A DNA stretch of 33,001 nucleotides from Muribaculaceae bacterium (lineage in GTDB: Bacteria; Bacteroidota; Bacteroidia; Bacteroidales; Muribaculaceae). Positions 9,984 through 15,661 of this stretch are shown here, piece after piece (the stretch's first letter is position 1; each line of letters opens with the position of its first letter). The stretch covers positions 1-33,001 of the forward strand of contig JAEDNZ010000001.1 in assembly GCA_016302215.1 (NCBI GenBank). The letters run 5' to 3'. Made by a program: the position numbers and the translations under genes. The notes beneath the pieces are model-generated. The model worked only from the letters and a program-made list of their open reading frames with translations. It was not told the DNA's origin and made no database searches.

Positions 9984-10571
9984 TTACCAGTCTATACTGT
10001 CCACGGCCCGACATGACACAGCAGTTGCCTGGATGTCGTTAAAATCGGACTCGGCTGATGATCTGCCGCCGAGGTAGTCTCCGCGCTCGGTCACCAGGAC
10101 GTTGTTGAGTCCTGCACTGATGCCCTTGTTGCCGTTGCGATTGTAGGCGAAGAAATTGACCGACACATAGCCGTAGCAGCCGGAGTAGATGTCATCCTCG
10201 CTGGTTACAGGCACCTTTTCGCCGTTGGCCGCAAACTTGAGCACTCCCGGCTTGAGCTTGGACGAGGTGTTGATAAACAGGCTACCTGCCATGGCCTCGT
10301 CATCAGGTCTCTCCGCATCGCCGTCGCGCACCGGCAGCTTGATGGTGTTGATTGGGGGCAGCTTGCCGCCGAAGGTTGCCGTGGCAGCGTTGTAGGCGTT
10401 GTTTATGGCCACCTTGATTTTGTTGATCATCTCGGTGTTGTCCTTAGGGATGATGAGAGTTGCAGAGTAGCGTGGCTCCTCTCCCGGGTTGGCCACCCGT
10501 GGCTTGATTACATTGACGTAGCTCAGACGCACCGGTCCGATGACTACCTTGGTTGAGTTGTTGTCGTACAT
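9984..10571 (-). CDS. DUF2815 / T7 gp2.5-like ssDNA-binding protein
   Basis: VRLSY, RDGD, IYSGCY, GNKGISAGLNNV, acidic tail; ATG at 10571 avoids overlap with the upstream gene. Confidence 0.85.
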   Translation of the reverse strand: MYDNNSTKVVIGPVRLSYVNVIKPRVANPGEEPRYSATLIIPKDNTEMINKIKVAINNAYNAATATFGGKLPPINTIKLPVRDGDAERPDDEAMAGSLFINTSSKLKPGVLKFAANGEKVPVTSEDDIYSGCYGYVSVNFFAYNRNGNKGISAGLNNVLVTERGDYLGGRSSAESDFNDIQATAVSCRAVDSIDW

Positions 10572-10587
10572 AGTTGTTGTTATTGAG

Positions 10588-11838
10588 TTATAGATTGATA
10601 TCGCTGAACTCCGAGGCGGCATCAGTGATTGCCGGCCTTGGGTCTGAGTCTTTTACGAGTGTCGGCTTGCCAGCCGGCTTGATAAGCCACGGTGCTACAA
10701 GCTCCTTGTACTTGGCAGAGCCCAGCAGAGACTTGAGTTCAGTCAGGCCTCTCAGCTCCTGGGGCTTATATATGGTGGAGTCGGAGAGCCCAGCCCGATG
10801 CAGTGCCTTGTATAGTCCGGCTGCATCCGACACCTTGCTGATGGAGCGGCCCTCCACGAGCTTGTAACCCGGGATGCTGCCGCCAGACCTCACAAGGCCA
10901 AGGGCATAGTCCTCCACGCAGGAGAGCCAGCTCTTGATGCCTGGCAGGGCGTCCAGCAACGCAGACAGCTCCTCGGGACTCAGCTGGTCTGGGAGACCGT
11001 TGACCGCTTTTGTAGCTTGTGCAAATGCAGCGGCGGCCCTGCATGTCGGACGGACCGCGCAAAACTGGCAGTGGGAGCCGGCTTGGCGGTGCCCCTCGCC
11101 CTTATAGGCCTTGAGCGCTGCGGGGTGCAGCACCTCCTGCGCCCAGGCGATGAGGTACTCGTAGCGTATCTGGCTCGTGCTGACCCAGCCCAGCCTCGGC
11201 TGGACTATGGTCATCCTCACCTGGTCGACGCAGTAGCAGTCAGCCGGTCCCAGGCAGGCGCCAAGCGCGTAGCACAGCATCTGGGTGTTGCCCTGTGCAT
11301 CGACCTTGATACCCTTGCCGTACTTGAGATCGTACACCTCAAGGGTGCCGATGCCGTTGATGTCATACATGAGGACCGCATCCGAGGACCCGAAGCCATC
11401 CGGGATGTATGTAGCCAGATTGAGCTCCGCCTCCACGAGCAGCTGGGCGTCAGGGTCCTGGGCCTTGGCCTCGAGATAGTTGCCATATACAAGGTCGACA
11501 TACGACCCTACATAGTCAAGCATTTCGGAGTAGTCAAGGCCGAGATGGGTGGCCTGCACAGAGAGCTCACGCAGCATCGCCAGTGTCTCACCGGTTATAT
11601 AGTCACCGAGCCTCGGAGACTCCACTGCTGCAATCACCCTCTCCATGTCGAGTGTCTGCACGTGGTTGCCCGCGAGCAGGTAACGCAGCAGCACCTCGGC
11701 GGTGCTGTGCGCGATGGTCCCCTCGGCACTGTAGCTGGTGTCCTCTCGAGGCATCTTGCTCTCTGCGAGGGCCGAGGGCGGGCACGCCATCCAGCGCTTG
11801 GAGCTGGACGGGGATAGGATTGCGTGACGACTAGGCAT
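10588..11838 (-). CDS. DUF2800 PD-(D/E)xK (Cas4-like) nuclease
   Basis: HAILSPSSSKRWMACPPS, EGTIAH, GFGSSD, DLKYGKG, NTQMLCYALG, HCQFC..RPTC. Confidence 0.88.
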   Translation of the reverse strand: MPSRHAILSPSSSKRWMACPPSALAESKMPREDTSYSAEGTIAHSTAEVLLRYLLAGNHVQTLDMERVIAAVESPRLGDYITGETLAMLRELSVQATHLGLDYSEMLDYVGSYVDLVYGNYLEAKAQDPDAQLLVEAELNLATYIPDGFGSSDAVLMYDINGIGTLEVYDLKYGKGIKVDAQGNTQMLCYALGACLGPADCYCVDQVRMTIVQPRLGWVSTSQIRYEYLIAWAQEVLHPAALKAYKGEGHRQAGSHCQFCAVRPTCRAAAAFAQATKAVNGLPDQLSPEELSALLDALPGIKSWLSCVEDYALGLVRSGGSIPGYKLVEGRSISKVSDAAGLYKALHRAGLSDSTIYKPQELRGLTELKSLLGSAKYKELVAPWLIKPAGKPTLVKDSDPRPAITDAASEFSDINL

Positions 11839-12307
11839 GGATGTCCTCCTGTAGTTTGGTGTTGACGTAATCGGTCAAAGCGGCGATAAAGGTGAGACGC
11901 TGCTCTGGTTTGACATCAAGAGCCTGGTTGACCCCGAACTGCTTGTATACGGTTGTCTTTATGCCCAGCGGGCTGATGCCCGCATCGCTCAGACGCTTGA
12001 CACAACTGCGTGTGTGCTCGGTGAGCGCCTGGTCGCTTATATCACCCCCCGGTGACGGTGCAATAAAGTCAGGCATGTCAGCTGGTGCCTTGTCGGATGC
12101 ACTGGTAGCAGTCTCCGCCGGAGCCGCCTGTGCTGGAGCCGCCTGTGCTGGAGCCACCACGGCTGGCCGCTTGATAGGAGCAGGTGTCTGCTCGGGCTGC
12201 TTGTCTGCAACGGCCGTCGTTACACCTAGCTTTGAGATGAGGGATTCCAGCAGTCTTGTCACGCGCTCATCCACATTGAGATTGATAGTGATGTTGATAT
12301 TACTCAT
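11831..12307 (-). CDS. Hypothetical early protein with Ala/Pro-rich linker
   Basis: Usual position upstream of DUF2800; 15-bp tandem repeat GGAGCCGCCTGTGCT x2 at 12120-12149. Confidence 0.75.
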   Translation of the reverse strand: MSNINITINLNVDERVTRLLESLISKLGVTTAVADKQPEQTPAPIKRPAVVAPAQAAPAQAAPAETATSASDKAPADMPDFIAPSPGGDISDQALTEHTRSCVKRLSDAGISPLGIKTTVYKQFGVNQALDVKPEQRLTFIAALTDYVNTKLQEDIHA

Positions 12308-12319
12308 GTTATTTGGGTA

Positions 12320-12535
12320 TTAGTGTTTGCAGCGGGTTGCCCTCTTGTAGAGGTCGAGGGCCTTGTCGACGTCGGTCACGATGACGCGTCCGTGCTGGCT
12401 GATCGCCTTGTCGATGATGCCGGACGCCTTGATGCGCTTGGCGGTGCTGATGGACACACCGAAGATGGAGGCGATGCCCTCGAGCAGCTCGCCGAGTGTC
12501 ATGTCAGACAGCTTTGTATTAAGATTTATAACCAT
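12320..12535 (-). CDS. DUF3853-family excisionase-like DNA-binding protein, possibly internally deleted
   Basis: GIASIFGVSISTAKRIKASGIIDKAISQHGRVIVTDVDKAL resembles Bacteroidetes DUF3853 as I recall it. Confidence 0.75.
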   Translation of the reverse strand: MVINLNTKLSDMTLGELLEGIASIFGVSISTAKRIKASGIIDKAISQHGRVIVTDVDKALDLYKRATRCKH

Positions 12536-12536
12536 G

Positions 12537-12631
12537 TGGAGCAGCAGGGAGTCGGACCCTGTTTTATTTTGGCTAGCAATTTCCCATTCTTAAAGGTCTA
12601 TTACCACTCACCGGAGTGGTCAGGCTGCTCC
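12537..12631 (-). ncRNA. tRNA-like RNA unit 1 (no anticodon arm)
   Basis: Minus strand: 7-bp stem GGAGCAG/CTGCTCC plus discriminator A; hairpin ACCACTC-CGGT-GAGTGGT; 41-nt variable segment; T-arm CAGGG-TCCGACT-CCCTG. Confidence 0.7.
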
Positions 12632-12634
12632 AGA

Positions 12635-12714
12635 TGACTAAGACGTGGGAGTCGGACCCGTATGACAAGCTTGTTTTGTAATACCACTCACCGGAGTGGC
12701 CAGTCGTCTCAGTC
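12635..12714 (-). ncRNA. tRNA-like RNA unit 2 (more degenerate T-stem)
   Basis: Minus strand: 10-bp closing stem GACTGAGACG/CGTCTTAGTC plus A; hairpin GCCACTC-CGGT-GAGTGGT; ~23-nt variable segment; GGG-TCCGACT-CCC. Confidence 0.62.
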
Positions 12715-12723
12715 GTATTTTAG

Positions 12724-12809
12724 TGCCGGGTCAGGGAGTCGAACCCTGTTCGCCATCCGGGCTGTAACTTTTTATTTTGTACCTCTCACCGGAGAGGTCC
12801 GAACCCGGC
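12724..12809 (-). ncRNA. tRNA-like RNA unit 3 (canonical T-loop, no anticodon arm)
   Basis: Minus strand: 7-bp stem GCCGGGT/ACCCGGC plus A; hairpin ACCTCTC-CGGT-GAGAGGT; 32-nt variable segment; T-arm CAGGG-TTCGACT-CCCTG. Confidence 0.72.
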
Positions 12810-12904
12810 GGAGACCCGTGGCAGAAGAACTTGATATGTCACTGTATGCCATCATTGCTAAAAGGTGCGTTATGCCACGGGGGAGCGTCTCACGACGTAT
12901 ATTT

Positions 12905-13093
12905 CTAATCCTCGCGCTCCAACTCACGGAGCGTCTCCTGGCAGGGCTCTGTGCTTATTACAAGAGTCACGGTTGAAAAGATGAAGGCAACTAGGAGTGC
13001 CAGATTGAGGAGCGGTCCAAAATTGCCCGCAATCAGCAGGGTTAACAATGCGATTGAGATTATCGCGAGGAGTATGCGCGCAAAATGTTTCAT
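12905..13093 (-). CDS. Small two-TM membrane protein (62 aa)
   Basis: MKHFARILLAIISIALLTLLIAGNFGPLLNLALLVAFIFSTVTLVI; ATG at 13093 lies just after the upstream stop. Confidence 0.65.
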   Translation of the reverse strand: MKHFARILLAIISIALLTLLIAGNFGPLLNLALLVAFIFSTVTLVISTEPCQETLRELERED

Positions 13094-13100
13094 AGTAGTG

Positions 13101-13337
13101 TCAAATTTGTTCGTTGTCACATGGGTCGGCGTAGCGCTCGACGAGGATCGGGGCGAGGTCGCCCTTGAGCTCGCGGACTGTGAGAGTCCAGCCCTTGATT
13201 CGACCGAGCTGGCTTGCGATGGAGCGGAGGTATCCGGTGGTATAGATACCACGCGCAAAATGTATCTTGTCACCCACCTCCAGGGACGACAGAACCGTGA
13301 TGAGGTTGTCAGGCTTCGATGTAATTGAGATGTCCAT
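13101..13337 (-). CDS. First early gene, putative Cro-position DNA-binding protein
   Basis: LSSLEVGDKIHF...LRSIASQLGRIKGWTLTV; directly downstream of the leftward promoter. Confidence 0.6.
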   Translation of the reverse strand: MDISITSKPDNLITVLSSLEVGDKIHFARGIYTTGYLRSIASQLGRIKGWTLTVRELKGDLAPILVERYADPCDNEQI

Positions 13338-13354
13338 AATATTCGTTATATTTG
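13324..13354 (+). promoter_or_regulatory. Rightward Bacteroidetes sigmaA-type promoter
   Basis: ATTG (13324-13327) - 19 nt - TATATTTG (13347-13354). Confidence 0.55.
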
Positions 13355-13370
13355 TCACTGATAAGTGTCA

Positions 13371-13401
13371 CAAATATAGTGACAAAAACCATATCACCAA
13401 A
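13371..13401 (-). promoter_or_regulatory. Leftward early promoter (Bacteroidetes -33/-7) overlapped by an operator-like palindrome
   Basis: Minus strand TTTG (13398-13401) - 19 nt - TATATTTG (13371-13378); TGTCAC-N7-GTGACA at 13366-13384 brackets the -7 box. Confidence 0.7.
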
Positions 13402-13447
13402 TAATTACACTACTTTTTTTGTATTTATTATCAAATACATAAATGAT

Positions 13448-13516
13448 ATGTCACAAACCGAAAAAACAAGGCTTGACAAGCTTATAAGAGACCTTAATTT
13501 TGCACAAAATTTTTAG
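13448..13516 (+). pseudogene. Possible truncated N-terminus of a divergent CI-like repressor (MSQTEKTRLDKLIRDLNFAQNF*)
   Basis: ATG after an A-rich leader downstream of the rightward promoter; resembles helix 1 of XRE repressors; only 22 codons. Confidence 0.35.
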
Positions 13517-13561
13517 CACCTCGCAAGCCATTAGGTATTAATAACTTACGAGGTGCTAAAA
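13511..13561. terminator. Long inverted repeat after the lysis cassette (terminator and/or att-associated palindrome)
   Basis: TTTTAGCACCTCG (13511-13523) / CGAGGTGCTAAAA (13549-13561), extendable by AAG/CTT. Confidence 0.55.
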
Positions 13562-13610
13562 TTGTGTCACACATTAGTGACACTCACATTTGACACTTAT
13601 TTCGATTTCT

Positions 13611-14078
13611 TTATCGTAAAACGATAAACAATTTAACTGCAACGCAAATTAATAGGCATCCAGCGCAAATCTGGCCCAGTCGGATCCAGAGCACCTGCCA
13701 CCACGTCAGCTCTCGTGGCACCTCCTTAACGACCGTGTGCTCGCTCAGACTCTCACGGCTCTCGGAGTGCACCTTGTAGGGGATTGTCACATTGATTGGG
13801 ACTATGCTCTCGCTCCTGTTGCGGATGGAGTGCACGAGGTGCCCGTCGACGATCGCCGCATCGCTCTCCGCCAGGGAGGTCTCCAAGTGGCTGCTGGTGT
13901 CTGCTACGGCCTGTGAGGACTCATCCGGGGGAGACCATAGGAGTGTTGTGTCGTGTAGATAGACGGAGTCCCTCACCATGACGGTGAGCGTGTCTCGCTG
14001 GATCTGAGGCAGCTGCCTGCAATGGCAGCAGCCCGAGAGCACAACGGCTGCGAGCATCACTGCCGGCAGCCGCCTCAT
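13611..14078 (-). CDS. Putative unimolecular spanin (lipoprotein with C-terminal TM)
   Basis: N-terminal lipobox VVLSGC, beta-rich middle, C-terminal hydrophobic helix after ELTWWQ; last gene of the lysis cassette. Confidence 0.65.
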   Translation of the reverse strand: MRRLPAVMLAAVVLSGCCHCRQLPQIQRDTLTVMVRDSVYLHDTTLLWSPPDESSQAVADTSSHLETSLAESDAAIVDGHLVHSIRNRSESIVPINVTIPYKVHSESRESLSEHTVVKEVPRELTWWQVLWIRLGQICAGCLLICVAVKLFIVLR

Positions 14079-14123
14079 CGGGGTCACTAAAATCGGAAAC
14101 TGGTACTGCATTGATGTGATAGG

Positions 14124-14561
14124 TTATGGGTTGACCCCGTAGTGCTTGTCAGCCCAGGCCTCAGCCCAGGCCTCCGTATAAAACCAGTAATAGGTGTGTG
14201 CTGCCCTGATGCGCTTGCACCAGCTGTGCAACATCGCCCAGATGAGCGACGGCAATCCGATGACTAGCAGGTACAGAGGGCCAAGCAGCAGACTCTGTAC
14301 ATAGTGGCCGGACTCGTGGTGCACTCGGGCTGTGCCCTGCTTGAGGTTGAGGTAGTAGTGAGGGAGGAAGATGTGGCTGCCGAGCGTGATGCCACCCCGC
14401 TGCCACGAGCTGTAGTGTATGACCCTCCCGTCATCATGACGGATGATAGTTGTCTGAGGCGCGCAATCCAGGATCAGCGCGTAGATGAAGCCGAGCACCT
14501 GCTGCGGCAGTTGCCACAGCCAGCTCAGCCGGATGATGATGTCTCTTGTCGTCTTAGTCAT
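14124..14561 (-). CDS. Membrane-associated HExxH (zincin-like) protein
   Basis: GITLG, HHESGHYVQSLLLGPLYLLVIGLPSL, YTEAWA. Confidence 0.7.
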   Translation of the reverse strand: MTKTTRDIIIRLSWLWQLPQQVLGFIYALILDCAPQTTIIRHDDGRVIHYSSWQRGGITLGSHIFLPHYYLNLKQGTARVHHESGHYVQSLLLGPLYLLVIGLPSLIWAMLHSWCKRIRAAHTYYWFYTEAWAEAWADKHYGVNP

Positions 14562-15025
14562 AGTGTGTATTGCTTGGTTATGTCTCGATAGCGTGTAGCC
14601 CCCTTGGACTTATAGGCCTCGAGCACCTGACGCCGCTGGGGTCCATGGAGAAGGTGACTGACGTGCAGCCACTCGCCACCGAACTCGCAGATCAGCTGGT
14701 CGTAGGGGATGTCGGACCTCGCGATCTGCTCAAAAAGGTCCTTGTTGTCAGCCGGGCTGCCGACGGTGATGTCAGCCGCCTCGCCCTTGGGGTGCTGGGA
14801 TTTCGGGGTCCCGCCGACGGCTGCGTTGAGGGCCGGCTGCCTATAGCCGGATGTAACGGTCACCGGGCCACCATGCAGGTCGCGTATAGGCTGCAGCACC
14901 TCCTTGGCTAGGGCCTTCAGCGCCTGCAGGTGGACTGCATCGGTCACCTGGTTGATGATCTGTAGCTCCTTGGCCTTGGTGCTGGCACAGAGCTCCTCGA
15001 GCGTAAAATTAGGACTCAGGTTCAT
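14558..15025 (-). CDS. Endolysin, peptidase M15A family
   Basis: NFTLEEL, VTSGYR, SQHPKGEAADI, YDQLI, WLHVS. Confidence 0.9.
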   Translation of the reverse strand: MNLSPNFTLEELCASTKAKELQIINQVTDAVHLQALKALAKEVLQPIRDLHGGPVTVTSGYRQPALNAAVGGTPKSQHPKGEAADITVGSPADNKDLFEQIARSDIPYDQLICEFGGEWLHVSHLLHGPQRRQVLEAYKSKGATRYRDITKQYTL

Positions 15026-15432
15026 TATTCAGTTCCTCCCTCATAGGCTGCTTTTGACTGTTCTTTGAGTTTGCCCACGACGCCCTCGGCGTCGGAGCCG
15101 AAGGGGGGATCTCTCTGAGGGCATTTGGAGTTGCGGCAGTACATTATCCGGCAGACGGCGGTCTCCGTGTGGGCGTCGTCCAGCTTGTGACGGAGTGATG
15201 AGTTGAGCTTTATCTGCTCGAGCACCTCCGCCTCCTTGGCGGCCATCAGCTCCTGCGTCTTGGCTTCACGCTCCCTGTACTCGTCGGCCAGCTGCTTGTA
15301 GCTGTCTGCGATGCTCTTTTGATTGTCTATCTGGAGTGCCGTCTTGCGCTCCTTGATGGTCACAATAGCCAGCAGGCCCCCGGTCGGGATGAGCGCTGCC
15401 AGCAGTGCACTTATAATAGTTGTCCAATCCAT
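15025..15432 (-). CDS. Holin-like membrane protein (one N-terminal TM plus coiled coil)
   Basis: Hydrophobic N-terminus, coiled coil, CxxxxCxxRDPP; abuts the endolysin. Confidence 0.55.
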   Translation of the reverse strand: MDWTTIISALLAALIPTGGLLAIVTIKERKTALQIDNQKSIADSYKQLADEYREREAKTQELMAAKEAEVLEQIKLNSSLRHKLDDAHTETAVCRIMYCRNSKCPQRDPPFGSDAEGVVGKLKEQSKAAYEGGTE

Positions 15433-15448
15433 ATAGTCGTGCCGATTT

Positions 15449-15661
15449 TTATGCCTCCTCCATTCCTTCTGGGAGTTCTGGGCTTTCCTCTTCCCATCCC
15501 TGTGTTATGCAGGTTTCGTACTCGACATAGAAAGTCCTGCCTGTCCCGTCCATTTCACAAAGTGGCTTGTAGCCTTCGCTTTTGTACCTTTCTGCTGCTT
15601 CGCCAGTTTCGGCGGTCACAACGGCGGAGAGATTTCCGTCTTTCATCTTTGCAAGTTTCAT
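15449..15661 (-). CDS. Hypothetical protein (70 aa)
   Basis: Protein-like acidic composition; ends 16 bp before the holin-like gene; overlaps the RT 3' end. Confidence 0.6.
   Translation of the reverse strand: MKLAKMKDGNLSAVVTAETGEAAERYKSEGYKPLCEMDGTGRTFYVEYETCITQGWEEESPELPEGMEEA

Noticed and set aside
10588..11838. Cas4-like nuclease as evidence of CRISPR-Cas
   Set aside because: It sits in the standard DUF2800-DUF2815-polymerase A phage replication module.
12663..12672. 10-bp match TGACAAGCTT between the unit 2 segment and 13474-13483
   Set aside because: It is too short to distinguish from chance given the number of comparisons.
12537..12809. Canonical tRNA genes or a CRISPR mini-array
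   Set aside because: There is no anticodon stem-loop or normal D-arm. The conserved parts are split into two motifs with unit-specific closing stems and unequal spacing, and no cas genes are present.
13094..13273. Ser-rich N-terminal extension of the 12905-13273 ORF
   Set aside because: It overlaps the 13101-13337 gene in another frame. The ATG at 13093 gives a clean, non-overlapping membrane protein.
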